From the NCBI GenBank assembly GCA_964304625.1, contig OZ199839.1, positions 9,190,528 through 9,254,527 on the forward strand: DNA of 64,000 bases. The letters are read 5' to 3'. Both the position numbers and the translations under genes were made by a program. The notes under the pieces were generated by a model. That model was not told the origin of the DNA, did no database searches, and was given only the letters and a program-made list of their open reading frames with translations. The DNA is from Kudoa neothunni (Eukaryota; Animalia; Cnidaria). Every line of letters starts with the position of its first letter. Within the stretch, counting starts at the first letter, position 1. Positions 39,335-53,569 of the stretch are shown here, piece by piece.

Positions 39335-41614
39335 CCTACCGAGCGTCTGGTGTCAAATTGACCCCAAACGATTTTGTGATGTGTTTCTGTTGTCTTAAGA
39401 GCTCCAATTATTTTAGGAGGAAAGTTATTCTCTTATGATATGTGTTTTTATTTCAATGCAATATAAAATTTAGGATTAATACTTTAGATGATGAAATAAT
39501 CAAAATACTTACACATTCCTTCTTTTGGGTCGAACCGACCCCAGTCATTTTTTCAGGAAAACGTAAAAATACATATATCATGTTTCAATGAAAAATTTAT
39601 TGTTTAAATTAAATCCATTTATAAGAGGATTTTATCATAGAATATAAAGAATACACACCAAAAAGATACTTTCTGAAGATTTGCGAAAATCGACTGGGAA
39701 ATACACTTTGAAAACGAGCGATTTTGAGCATGAGTTCTGTTCAGATAATGATTCCGAAACAAGTGAAATAGACAACCGTCTAAAATTATTTGATTCAATA
39801 ACAGAATCCGACAACTTATTCATCGACTAAAATGGAATTGATTGGTCCTGCGTTGTACCAATGATCACAAAAACACAAAAGGAATACATACTTCATCCGA
39901 TCTCAGGTTTATCTGCCTAAGCGACAACAAGAATTAAAGAAATATCGGATACATCGTCGATATTTTCTGACACTATTTTCTTCTAGTGTGATTTCTAACA
40001 CTATCAAATTTGGATTTTTTCATTACAATAATGAATGGAAATCTATAACGCGGGAAGAATTTAAAGCTCATCTTGGATCACTAATTTTCATGTCCATATT
40101 TAAATAAAAATTAGAATCCTTAAAATTACTTTGGAGTGTTGACAAAGGGAGAAGCATATTCAGAAAAATTATGTCATTCAAAAGATTTGTTCAGATACCA
40201 AGGTCTCTTCATTTTTATGAGATTGAAATTCGGGAAGTAAGACATGAGTCAGATACATTTTGTCCATTGCAGGAGATTTTTGATCACTGGAAAGACCGAA
40301 TTTCGAAACTAGCTATTCCCGGAGAAAATTTGACCATCCACGAGCAACTTGTTACATTTAGAGGTAATTTCCCGTTTAAACAATGTACGCTGTCAAAACC
40401 TGCTGATTAAGTACTAAAATTTTTCCTTCTCTCCGATCCTGATACAAAATATCCCCATAATATATCGGTCTACTTGGGGAGAAATAATAGCGAGAAAGCC
40501 AAAAATGTTGGTGAATGTGTGGTAGCTTGTTGCTAATTTTAAAGACAATGGTAGAAACATTGTATTTGATATTTTTTCAGTTCTATTCCTGTTTCCGAAA
40601 AGCTTTTGAATTGGGGGCTGACTATGATTGGTACGATCCGAAGTGACAAATGAGACATTCCAGAGTATCCAAAAAAAGACCGAAATAGTGAAGTAAACTG
40701 TTCTAGATTCTGGTTTTGCAAGAAATTAACGTTGTTTTCATATTCCCTCAAAAAATTAAATCAGTTTTTCTTCTAACAAAGTCTTATAATACAAATGTTA
40801 TGATACTGCTACTAAAAAACCTGAGGTCATACTTCATTATAACAAGTGTAAGAGAGGTGTCGATACAGTTGACCGTATAATTGCCACAACTAGTGTTAAA
40901 CAATATACGAAACGTTGACCCACTATAATTTTTTGTAATATTCTTGACATCAGTTTGATTAACTCATTCCATATCTATAAAGAAATATTCGTTGATCCTA
41001 ACTGCTCTAGGTGGAAATATTTAGAAATGCTAGCGGATAGTCTTGTAGTCTTTAGCAGATTTTTTGAACATTAATAATGAGAACAGAGAGAAAAATATGT
41101 ATATGGAATGTTCAATCCGAAGTAGAAAATGGTGTTGAGTTTGTGAAATAAATCTCGACACAAAAACAAGATCTGTTTGTTCAATTTGTAAGACTAATTG
41201 TTTTGAGGAGCACTCAAACGTTATTTGTGTTAATGTCTTGTTAAATTAAGTAAATTACTTCGTAACATACATATATTTGCATTTGTCTTGTCAGTTAGTT
41301 TAATGTGTTTTTATTCACACCATTCTCAACGAAATAGTATTTTTTAAAAATGCAGGAAAAAATAAAATCATAGAACGCGCAAATTTCTTCATAATGGAAT
41401 AATTTCCAGTTTTTTCTGACGAGTCTACACTATATTTAATGATTTCTCGTATAGTCATTAATCCGTTCCATATTTTTCCAATTTTTTCTTATTTCTCATG
41501 AAAAAAAGTTTTATAATTTAAAAAAACTTGCATAAATGTATTGTGTAAATCGTCTGTGTTCAATCTTATCCCAAAGACGGAATGTGTAAAGTCGTTTTCG
41601 GGACGCTTGGAGGG
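39335..41614 (+). mobile_element. Heavily degenerate piggyBac element
   Basis: TTAA at 39331-39334 and 41615-41618; TIR CCTACCGAGCGTC / GACGCTTGGAGGG. Remnant motifs LTIHEQLVTFRGNFPFKQ, GTIRSDK, YNKCKRGVDTVD. Many stops. Confidence 0.9.
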
Positions 41615-42489
41615 TTAATAATAATACTCACGACCTACTTATCTTCAAATCGTTTTTATCAATGTTTTACTTACATTATAATGTTTGTTTTCAAAACCTC
41701 TTTAGCTCATTCCTAAATTAAATAACAGAAAAAATATTTATAATAGAAAATTTTAATTTGATATTTAAGTTTTTGCTATAAAACTAAATTTATTATATTT
41801 ATATATTGACAATTACCATACACAACTTATTCCAAATTTAATGAGTAATAGATTATCCACATCGTAGTTGATGCTCTACTATTAAATATCAAATAATGGT
41901 GGCCTGTCTTTTAAAATTAAGTTAAAAATGGTTTTAATTTTAAATCGAATACTTATATATATATATATATATATGTATATGGACATAATTTTAATAATTT
42001 TTTGTCGTTTATATGAAATTTGAGTTGACTTAAAATTTAAAAAAAATGAATTTATCGTTTTTAAAATATATAAAATAGAAATTATTGTGACAGATAAGAA
42101 ATCAATGTCTCTACAATAAGAACAATGAAATGATTGGAAGTAAAATAAAAATTTCTCTTCCTTATGTTATATTATGTTATTTTATGAAGCATGAATCTAA
42201 TAGTATATTAAATGAAGTAATTATTATACTCAGATGAATTTAAAATTATAAAGTTTAGCCTTTAATTTTTTAAACTTTCTAACTTATGGGAAAAAAGAAT
42301 GTCAATAATTTGGGACTACCCGAGATTAATACAATTAGAATGGCCTTTCTAACCGAAAAGTCCTCAAATTTCTCTCTATACACCCCGTCATGGATCACTT
42401 ATGCGAAATATTTAGAAAGTGATAGAAAAAACCTAAAATAGATAGCTATTTAGTCAAAAAATAAAAATATTATTTGTATTTGCGCATTC

Positions 42490-42574
42490 GCGAAGCCTCG
42501 ATATTGCGGGTGGCCTTGTTATTGCGTGGTAAATTACATTCGCCAAAAAACCTACTTATATCGAGGCCTTACTG
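42490..42574. mobile_element. Solo pogo/Tigger-like terminal repeat abutting a (TA)n microsatellite
   Basis: The reverse complement reads TA-CAGTAAGGCCTCGATATAAG, typical of pogo/Tigger TIRs, with an internal second copy GCCTCGATAT at about 42496. The partner end was not found. Confidence 0.45.
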
Positions 42575-42587
42575 TATACAGATATAC

Positions 42588-42621
<34 letters not shown>

Positions 42622-43843
42622 CTGTATATGAAGTGATTTTAATTTAGAAGATTCGCTTGAATGAATTGGCCTCACAATGTGGTAAAATAATAACACAATG
42701 AAAACTATCAAATTTGTACACAACTTTTTTATAATTTAATATGAAGTAAAAATATTTTTTTTAATTTCAATATATTTAATATTTTAAGGAATCACTTAAA
42801 TTGAATTTAGGTTTTTATTGAAGATATTATTTCCAACAATATGCAAACAAGAGTAAATATAATGTTTATTCATATAGTGGAATGTTATATCAATATCATG
42901 ACTTCTAAAAATAATTATCAAACGATTATATCAATTATCAATAAAATGTTGAATTAATTATAAAAGTTAAAAATGATATTATATTCAACGTGTGGTACCA
43001 TCAACATATGAGACATTGAATGAATCCTAATAAACTATTAAATTTTTCCACAATTAATTTATTCGAATGATAAATTGGATTTAAATAATTTTCGGAAAAA
43101 TAATGAAATAATTTGTCTTTGAAATAAAAATAACTAAACATAAAAACAAAACTAATTTAAAAGGGAAATATTATCTTATGATAATATTTATAAAATCTAG
43201 ATGAATTGTTTAATTTTTGTTCGATCAAAATATACAATTTAAAACAGTTAATTATACAAGAAATCTCATATTATTATATCTCGTATTCGTAATCAATAAA
43301 GTTTGCAATTTTTTGTTGATTTTATTATTCACTCCTAGGATCAGTTGGGACGTATCTGGGCAACATTGTGTATTTGATTGAAATACTGATAATTCATCTA
43401 TAAAGGCAAATCCCATTATGATAATATTCTAAAGAATATTTGTACATATTAGTGAGTACCCTGTTTAATATGGAAAACCTTTTTATTGTACTAACTTTCA
43501 TAAAATATTGAAAATTCTAAGTATTATCAAAATTAAATTAGTATTAATATTACAACACATAATTTAATGATAATAAAAAATTTTAGCAGGCAAGAAAAAA
43601 GTGATAAATTATTATTATTATTTAATAATATTAATCGTTAAATTCTCTCACTTTTTGATATTGTATATATTTATTATACATGAATCATGAGAATATATGA
43701 TAAATATTAGATTAATCTATTTTCTTTTGTGTACTATTATCCACGCTTCACTTTAATGTATAAATTATCGTCACTTAATGATTACAGCGATAAAAATTTG
43801 CCATAAAAGCGAACTTTGTATTGATCTTTGTTATTTAACTCAA

Positions 43844-44798
43844 ATGGTAAGAGCATTGTTTGTTATTATAGGTATGTAAAATATTTCTGCTATTTTTAAC
43901 GCCTTTAATAGTTCCGTTATTGATTATTAGCATCCAGATAGCTGGCACACATAACGTATGTGTTGATGAATTCTACGTTACTAATTTTCACTAGGTAAAA
44001 TTATCGGATGCTGAAATCAAAGAATACCAAAAAGTCTTAAATAAGCTACGATCTATTGCTGGATTTGGTGGGCCAGATGCAGTAAACCTACAATGTCCTC
44101 AAAATATATATACCTAATTTAGGGCATGATCATCGATCATCTAATAGGGTGTACACAAAAAGCGTATGACAATACATTCCCCGATAATGACCCATACAAC
44201 CCAAGGAGTAGGAAACTGGTATTGGTTTATTGATTCCTAATATTTTGATTTTAGGAAGAGGATATATTCCTCCATCTATTTTCCGAGCATGTGAAGTAAA
44301 AAACTGATAATTAAGAATAATTAAATTGAAATTATTAACCAATTAAATAGATGTATAATGTTAGAAAATGCTTGGTTCACAGTGATTGTTTGGGCTGCAA
44401 TAATGAAGTTGTTGAAAGTTGCGAAATATTAGATTATTATTTTTTGTTCACAGGTTTATGGATATTGTAGAAGACTGGCAAACCAAAAATGCATTTTATG
44501 TGAAGATTGCAAGAGTCCTTCATCAAATCATTATTACAGTTAATAAAATATTTGATTATTCAGTACATTTATAATTACTTTCATTTTGCTGCATATTTAG
44601 ATAATATGTTCGGGAATACGGAAGGAATAAATGAAATCTCACATCGTATTATTTCACTTTGGTTTATGAAATAATTTGTTTGCTTAATCTTAATATATAG
44701 GATTGGAGCCACTTTACCGTTCACAGGGAGAGCATTTTGAACCCCAAGAGACACCGTGCAGGCGCTCCCCCATTTACCCGTTAGGTCATCATCCGTAG
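43844..44798 (+). CDS. Secreted Cys-rich protein, paralog B (9 exons)
   Basis: Spliced: MVRALFVIIVPLLIISIQ..VKLSDAEIKEY..RRGYIPPSIFRACEMYNVRKCLVHSDCLGCNNEVYGYCRRLANQKCILCEDCK..YPLGHHP*. Same intron phases as A. Confidence 0.85.
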
Positions 44799-46918
44799 AT
44801 TCCAACGCGTGATATTTCCAAGTTTATTTCTTCAAGGATAGCATTGAATAGTGGCGTTTTGCCCGTTTAATAAACTATTTTTTGAACTTTTACTACATTC
44901 AATTAAATTAGATTACTTCATTGAATTTTTCTTCAAATTTATGCTGCTCTATTAAAAATATACTATTTTAGTATATACACTTTGGAAAAACAACATACGG
45001 ATTATTGCATTTGTTTTATCCATCGTATGTTGTTATACAGTAGGTGACGACTGAATTTTTGCACTTTTTTATGCGCGCCACAGGGAAAAGTTAAATTTGT
45101 CCCTACAAGTTTATACAACGATATTATTCTACCCTCGTTTTATTTAAATTATATTATTAAATAATATATTACATTCAGTTTATAATATAATTAAGGGCCC
45201 TTATGAATCAATCTGAATTATAGGATGTGAGACATGAGCATTAAGAAAAAAAGGATCCTCGTCAATACGCTTACATTAATTATTATTAATATAGCTACAT
45301 CTATTAAAATTAGAATTATTACATTATTTGTATTCTCGTATTTCTCTTGACGTAGAATACCTTCAGTAAATACACGAAATAACATGATAAAGTAACCAGT
45401 AGATGTTTGTAAATGGGATTTGTATCCATGCGGAAGTCCGAATTATCGTAAAGCGACACGTACGTTTATCAAAAATAACAGAATTTGATTATTAAGCACA
45501 GTTTTAATGAGAATGAGATGGACATTATAAATACAATATAAAAATTTTCCATCCATTTAAATGAAAATTATTCTTATCGGATGCACAGCAGAGTAAAAAT
45601 AGGATTAAAGTCTAAAATATGAGCGAAAAATCGGTTAACTACTGTATTCATTAATATTAATACAACTTATTGAATATATCTCATTGAAAAAATGATAGGG
45701 TTATATAATGTTAATTTAAATTAATTGGTAATCTCCAAGGGCATAAAAATGAAATAAAGATTTCGAATGAATTAAAAAATGACTTAGAATTTATTGAAAT
45801 AATTTTTTTATTCAAAAGTATCGGTTTACAATTTATTACATATATATTAATGCCTAAATATTTCTAATTTTTGTTATAAATAAATAATTTTGAATGTAAA
45901 AATCTTTTTTAATTAGTTGATTACTTACAAGTTAATTTTAGATTTTCGGATTACTTGTTGATCCCTTTATAATCACAAAACTAATTTTAAATTTATTATC
46001 TATAGTTATTTAATTACTCATTATGATAATAAATTTACTACTTAAAGAAATAGTTACATAAATTAATTTTAACATAAACTATTGAAATGAAAAATTTTTA
46101 TTAAAATGTTTTAACAATGCTTTTTAAACATAGAGACTTAATATATTTTTCTCCCACAGATTAATTATTTCAGTTAATCGATTTCACTAATCGTTAAAGA
46201 TAAATTTTCATATATTTTGATAAATATATCTGTATTTAATTGTATTTATATCTTGTAAAACCTAAAATATTAAAAGTAATGATAAGATATTGATTGATTC
46301 ATTTTCAGATTATTTAAAGATGTTAAAAACTTATAAATATTTAAATTAATTTTTGAGCCTCATTAATAACTTATTTCCGTATTTTATTTATTAACTTTAA
46401 AATTTTGAATCATAAATAGCTATATCAAAAAGATACAAGTGGTTTAATTAATACTTTGATTTGTATCTTATAAAACTAACTTCTTATTCACGGTGCAATT
46501 AAAATTTGAGTTTTGAAAAAAATATACTATTATTAACACCTTTTATCTTTAGGAATGAATCATAAGAATAAATTAAAACAACATTTAAAATAAAAAAACA
46601 GATAATATTAAATATTTAAAAAATATATGTTTATAGTTACACATAATTTTTTGAATGCCGATTAACTATAAAGAACCTCCTCAAAATAATTTATTTTCTA
46701 AAACGGACCTCCAGCATTTATTAGAATTAAAAATTCAAGTGTTTCAGAAATTAAATATTATTGATTACTTATGGTTTATTATTTTTAATGTAAATACGTT
46801 ACTAACATTACACAATATCGCATAATTCTTTAAATGTTAATGCTTACACTGAGATTACAATAATTTTTCAAATATTTAGGTTTAAATGTATTATCACTTT
46901 CCTTACGCATCGAATTAA

Positions 46919-47895
46919 TCCTCAAATGTACATAAAAACGACTACACTCCAACGAACTTGGGATTTTTGGGACCCCAGTTTTTTATCTTACGATAATGAA
47001 TAAAACAATAATTCAAAATGCCACACAAATATTAAGAAATTTCTAACGACAGAATTTTGATAAAAATGTGCTTCATTGGGCAAGTTAATCTCATAAAATC
47101 CTATTCGGTAGGCTTATTTAACGTTTCGTAAATATTCGTTAAAATAAATCAACAATCTTTCATACTATAAGGAAAGAAATAAACTTAAAAGAAACAACAA
47201 ATATTTGAATATCAAAACCTATAGATTTTCATTTTTAACACTGATTCTACTCGATTAATTAAATCGATCAAAATATCCTCACAACTAATGCACCGAGTGT
47301 TTATTATTTATCATTTCGGCAGGTAAACATTTGTTGAATACGTTCTTAAAGTTCGATTCCATTATTTCGGTTTCTTAAAAACAATATGAATCAGGTGTTT
47401 TAGTTACATCTGATCCTTTGATTGTTAACAAATAAAGGTTAGTAGAAACATAATAAATGTTATACTGTTTAACTTTAAACATCCAAAATTGATTAAAAGC
47501 CCAAGAATTTTCATTCTAAACATGCAACATCTCTCACGCTTGATTTATCGCAGGACGAGCTTATACGAAGTGTTAAATTGGCAAGTCGAATCGACTTCGG
47601 GAAGATTAACTGGCCCAACGAATCATCTTTTCCTCGAAATTCAGCCTGTAGAAATTTCCATAAATTTGTATAGCATTTTGAAATATTTTTCTATTAACTA
47701 TTATAAAATAAAAACTTGTGGTCCAAAAAATCCCAAGTTAGTTGGAGTGTAATTTTTTTTAAAGTTTAATAATTTTTAAATATAGCAATTTAATGATAAT
47801 TGCATGAATTTCAAGTTTTTCGAAAGAATATGTAACATATTGTAATCAATTTATAACTAGTTTGGGGTCCAAAAGACCCCAAGTTCGTTAGAGGG
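46919..47895. mobile_element. Non-autonomous piggyBac-type element (about 980 bp)
   Basis: TTAA at 46915-46918 and 47896-47899; ends TCCTCAAA / TTAGAGGG. An internal inverted repeat of about 48 bp (46943-46990 vs 47705-47751) and a third copy at 47862-47890. Confidence 0.85.
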
Positions 47896-49192
47896 TTAAT
47901 GTAATATTACACACAAATGTGGTCTGATAAGTCATTCACTTAGTAAACTAAATGGGGTATTGAAATAGAGCGACAGAATTTCACTATGTATTCAATTATT
48001 AAACATCTCATTTTTATAACTAATTGTTTCCGATGTTTAGAGTTGATCGGATATCAGCTGTTATCATTCTATATAAACACGATTATGCTCCAAATGTCCG
48101 CAGTCATAAAGTAATCAACAGTTATTCAAAAGTATTATTTTCCTTTGCTATTAATATAAAAATCCGAGCGTTTATCTGCCAATAGGCTTTTTTTAATATT
48201 TTAAGTGTTATTTATATTCAAAATTATATTATAGTATTTTAAAGATATTCGAGTGAATTGAATAAAATTATAAAATTTTAATGATAATTAATCAAACATT
48301 AATATATGATAGTCAGTAACTATATGTATTATCTGAAATTGGAAACATATGGAATGTAGTTGAACGGATCATTCTTCACGAATTAAACATAATGCCTTGT
48401 AAAAACAGTATCATTGAAATTAATATATAGTTAAATAGCATAAAACATAGAGTGCACATGATTAGATTATGCCATAAATCATTGAAAATCAACAATATAG
48501 ATAGAAACTTTAATAAACACTAGATCTACTGCTAATGTGTTATTATTTTATTAAGATTATCTATTATCTTTATAGCATTAATATAATTTTTTTATTTTAA
48601 ACGAATGTTTCTACTTAATATTTATTATATATTTGCATATATAATAAAAAATATAAATATGGAATGTTACTCATATACATTGAGCAATCTTTGATCATTA
48701 AACTCATTTATGTGTATGTATCAATTAATTTATTCATTATAATAATACTACTTGCTGAAAATTTACCGAGTAATTAATGATTACTTAATTTTTAAATTTA
48801 CAAAACGCATATTTGTGTTGTTCCATTGTATGATTTTTCTAGAATAATCGTTAATAAAAAACCTATTAAATGTAATAAAGGTTACTGTGATTATAAATTA
48901 GGTAATAAATATGGTTACATTCTTAACTTACAGTAAAGAAATTTATATTTATTATAAAAATAATAAATATTTATTTATATAATCGAGGAAAGTTTCAATT
49001 ATTCTATTGATTTCGAATTTTAAGTTTTTTTATTATTATTTTATATTGTTGAAACAATGGAATAATTTCAAAGGTTTATTTTATTAAATATATTATAGAT
49101 ATAAAATTCTTTACATTGATGTTATTGTTAATTGCCGATAAAAATATGTATATAAGCAAATTTCTATTGTATTACTCGTGAAAGGAGCTAAA

Positions 49193-50164
49193 ATGGTTGG
49201 AGGAGCGTTCATGATCTTAAGTATAGAAGTTTTGTTCGTTATTATTAACAGATTATAGTATCGTTCATGATTATAAATATCCAACAAGGGGTTACTGCTA
49301 AGGTAAATTGCGACCAACCTAAAACTGCACTTATATTCATTAGTTTACCCTATCGGAAGTAGCGATGGATGACTTGGACAATGCATTTAAACTTATTCAA
49401 AACTTTGATGAATTTTTAGACACAGAATCTGTGATATAACTAGAGATAAAAATATTACTCTAAAATAGTTCTTTTACATAGAGGATACTGAATATTCTAT
49501 GCAAAGTCATTATGAGAAATTCAATGGTGATGGTCATGGTGATGGTGCTGAACATTGCCCCGATGATGCTTGGTGCAAAGAAGACGTCAGTAAATAAACC
49601 ATTTATGTATTGTATTGTAAGCAGTTTTTCTCTAGTCATGGAATTCATGATAAGACCAATACATCTAGCAACTATGGTAATGAAATTTTATAGAAATAAT
49701 TTAATATTTTAAAATTTTACAAATTAAAATAGATGGTTTTTTTTAAAAAATGTATGGAGGAAAATGAGTCGGATGAAGCAGGAAATGTAACTGGAATCGA
49801 TACACTGAAATAAACACTTAAATATTCACAGAGTTTTTCCTATTGCAGAAATAAGGCAACCGAAGATGCTCATGATTGTACAAGTTGTACAAGCTATATT
49901 AAAGAATTTTATGAAAGTCAGTAATTCATTTAAATGTTTCGGCCCCCATCCCCATCCCATAAATTTATGTTTAATTTTTGATGTAGAAAAAACCCAAAAT
50001 CTAAATGAGATGGGATCTAAAATCTTGGAAAGTAACTTTGGAATTTATATGTATGACATAATTTGGCTTAAATAGAATTCAGTGGAGATTGCGATCCTAG
50101 GGCTCCAATTGACCGACGACGTGATGCGATTGATTGTCAGCTTGAACAACTACATTTTGATTGA
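49193..50164 (+). CDS. Secreted Cys-rich protein, paralog C (9 exons, acidic)
   Basis: Spliced: MVGGAFMILISFMIINIQ..FTLSEVAMDDL..EHCPDDAWCKEDVIMEFMIRPIHLATMMVFFKKCMEE..SFSYCRNKATEDAHDCTSC..QLHFD*. Same intron phases. Confidence 0.85.
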
Positions 50165-51540
50165 TTATAGGTAATCGAATCTATCTTGTCCTTTAAAAGT
50201 TTAAGGTTATATTTTTAGAGTGGACCGAACGCTTATGATTTTAGCTACATGAAAATTTTGCTTACTTTAGTTACATTCAATAAATTTTTAATAGTTATTA
50301 CAATTTTAACTATTTCTGCAGTGTGTATTAAAATATAAATTTTAGATACCGAAAAAATATTTTTTGTAAAACGATGTTTTCATGTATATCTTATTTATGA
50401 AAATAAATGAAAAATTTATGAGTTACCAAGTAGAGTTGTCACTTGGTGCTCTATTTAAATTTGCAGTATCCGCATTAGTGATATTTTTCATAATCATTTA
50501 ATAAGAATATTATATTAGGAATTACATTAAAATCTTTGTATTCGAAAAAGTATCCATTGAGATATTTTTTAATAGGACATACTTTAATTATTAATGATTT
50601 TTTGTCCTTTCCCGTGGTAAATTTATCCATAAAATATTGATCCATTATTAAATTAAATATATATATATATTTCATGTAGTTTACAAAAATTGTTTTAATT
50701 CTCATTCCCGATAATCTTTCAAATTTTATCCTAAAAATATTTTTGTGTAAACTTTAAACCTGTAATAAACAATTAGTAATTTTCTTCAATAAATTTCTCA
50801 TTAAATTATTTTAATTTAATAAAAATTATAATTTCATAAAATTCTATAATAAACATAATCATATATAGGAATAACAAAATTTTTCGTGATTATTCAAATA
50901 TGTGCAGGCATCTTAATCAAATTTTAACTTTTTAAATCTTCCTTCTACTGAAAAAATAATATTTTGATGAGTGATGATTTAATTTCTACGATATAAATTT
51001 TTTTCAAACATAAAATAAAAAATAAAAATGAAGGATAAGATATTGAGAGAAAGAAAAATTATACATAGGAATTTGAAAAAAAAGTATGCTTTGATAAATA
51101 TGAAAGAAATATTCCGTTAGGTCTATCGCGAAATAGCATGGGTGATTTAGAGTAGATGCGAAAAAGTTCTCTAATTGCTAGTTTCATTTTGAACATGTGT
51201 TAGATAAAAAAGAAAATGTTTCTGAAAAATTAGAAAGCACAACTATAAAGGATCCTTCAACTCATAGATTTATAATTCATTTAAAGCTCTAAATACCTAT
51301 TCCAAGATTTATAATGATAATTATATTCACAAAAGAACTTTCATTTATAAAGGCTATTTAAAAAAATTAGGGATCTGATGCAGTATAGGGACCCTAATCC
51401 GACACATGCATCAATCGGATTATAATACAAAAAAAGGGGGTTATGTAACATTAGTAACACTAGTTGCTAACGTTTGAAGGAGTCGCATTTTTTAATTGAC
51501 AGTAAAAAATAAAATATAAAAATATGCTATAATTTTATAA

Positions 51541-51960
51541 TTATAAACAACGTTTTTGAGTGATACTAAAAACCCATACCAGAAATCCAGAAATTGGAAT
51601 GGTTTTTCGCCTCCAATGGAGATTAAATAAAAGCTCATCTATGGCACTTTGAACACTTTCTCCGACATCATTGATACATGATGTTCGATTTCTTCGATAT
51701 TTTATAGCGCTCCATGTACCTTCGATGGTATCTGTCGTGTGACCAGCTAACCAATAGTACGAAAATTCAAGCACCTCATTTATTGGTAACTTGTAAAAAG
51801 AAGAGAAAGTACCATTGAAAAAGGAATTTTCTTCGTACATTCTTTTTTTTACAACGCGATTGTTTGCGATCTATGGAGAATCCAATATTTCCACAGTGAA
51901 TACAATGGCTAGGCTCGTTTATTATCCATATATAAAACAGGAATTTTATTGCGGCATCTT
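51541..51960 (-). pseudogene. Internally deleted Merlin/ISXO2 (IS1595-like) transposase remnant
   Basis: SFFNGTF..KLPINEVLEFSYYWLAG is fused directly to HTTDTIEGTWSAIK (the HTNTIEGxW catalytic E motif). The central DDE part is missing. Confidence 0.7.
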
Positions 51961-52029
51961 CAGAACAGAAAATATTCTACAATTTCTTTACAGGAGGAAT
52001 AATTTTTAATAGGAACGAAGGGAAGCGAC

Positions 52030-52185
52030 CAGACAATGCCCGTTCGTGTGTTCTTTCGTGTCATAAGCGAACGAAGTTTTCTTCATAATTATAAACACGA
52101 ACGAAACACGAATGAACTTTTCTAATTTTTAAACTTTTGACACGAAACACGAACGAAACCATTCGTGCGTTTCGTGTGCGAGGAT
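52030..52185. repeat. MITE-like cluster of direct and inverted ACACGAA/TTCGTGT repeats
   Basis: Multiple ACACGAA(C/A) copies flanked by TTCGTG copies within about 150 bp, resembling hAT subterminal repeats. Confidence 0.5.
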
Positions 52186-53569
52186 GGTGATGAAGTATGT
52201 GGTGTAGCGGACGAGGATCGAACACACATGTAATCTCCATATTTTTTCAACAAACACTGAATTTTTTTCGTTTCTTTCTTAGTTATTAATGAGAAAGTTA
52301 TTTATTATTACTATTTTGATTTTTTACTATTGTTATATAACGATTTTATATGGACTAACTTTAAATATTAACTTATTGCGTGTCTCACAAAAAGATCTCA
52401 TTTTTCACTATAATGAAAATACTTTTCGAATTTAAAAAAATAGATCTTGATGTCGTACGATTTTGTTTAGTTTATAATTTTTTAAAATGACAATAGAAAA
52501 CTGTTTTACATTGCAGTATTTGTATTATATTGAAAAAAAAATATTAAGCTATATTTTAATTATTTTGTAAGTTTTTGTGTATGTCAAAATTTGTAACAAC
52601 AAATTCGGGCCAATGTACGAATTGAGAATATTACTAAGTGTAAACCCAATATTTTAACTAAGGTTATTATTTTGATCTATAAATATAATTAACTAAAACT
52701 AATGAATGTATAGAAAACAATTTTTTGATTTCTAATAACATTTTTATATTTATCGAATGTTATACTAAACACACGTAAAAATTCCTCTAATAAAGTAATA
52801 ACTTCATATAATCAACCTTTAATTGTTTACCTATTGAAATTAAATGTTTATCTAAAATATAATGTTTATTTATTTTTAAAAAACTCATCAGTACTAAGAA
52901 TATTAAGAAAATGCATTTTGAGAGTACGTAGTTGTCCTCGTTTTTGAACTATTCGTAATTAAAACTAATAAAAACATGTATAAATAAATCTGATATTGTA
53001 TAATTTATGTTTATATGCTAAAAAATATGAAGAATAACCAACTTATGAGTGATTATCAAAACGAATTAGACAACAATTCAATGTTTGTTGAAAAAAAGAT
53101 ATTCGAATAACATGCACAAGCGGGCGTTTTTAGGTGGCGCATACTTTACCATTACCAAAAAGATCTTAGATATGAAATTACTATTAAATTTTAAGCGAAG
53201 AAAAATATGAGGCATTGAATGTAAGCAATTACGATCTTTACCTTGATTTACTGGAATTTTTGAGATATGTTACCTCATGTCACAATTTCATATTTTATTA
53301 CCAAATACAAATTTGATGTCAGTTTTTTTTAAAAGATAATTAAATTAATTTAGGAAACAGAACCTCGTTATATTAAGTTCCGCTATAGTCAAATCTGCCT
53401 AAAAAATTTTTTGAATGATAAAAATACTTTCAAACCTTAATTTTATAAGTCTAATAGTTAGAAGTGAATTTTTGAAGTGGCTAAGTTAGGTCTGTTCAGT
53501 TTTCTTTTGAGATAATGCAAAATAAAACATAATAAAGAAGAGTGAATTAAATTCACTCCAGAAGTGTCT

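Noticed and set aside
44456-44740. Alternative long frame in paralog B (FMDIVEDWQTKNAF..)
   Set aside because: It cannot be joined in phase to the upstream exons, whereas the Cys-rich frame matches the other three paralogs in phase and motif.
52030-52185. CRISPR-like array of ACACGAA repeats
   Set aside because: Units are only about 7-11 nt, in both orientations, without regular unique spacers or cas genes, in a eukaryotic context.
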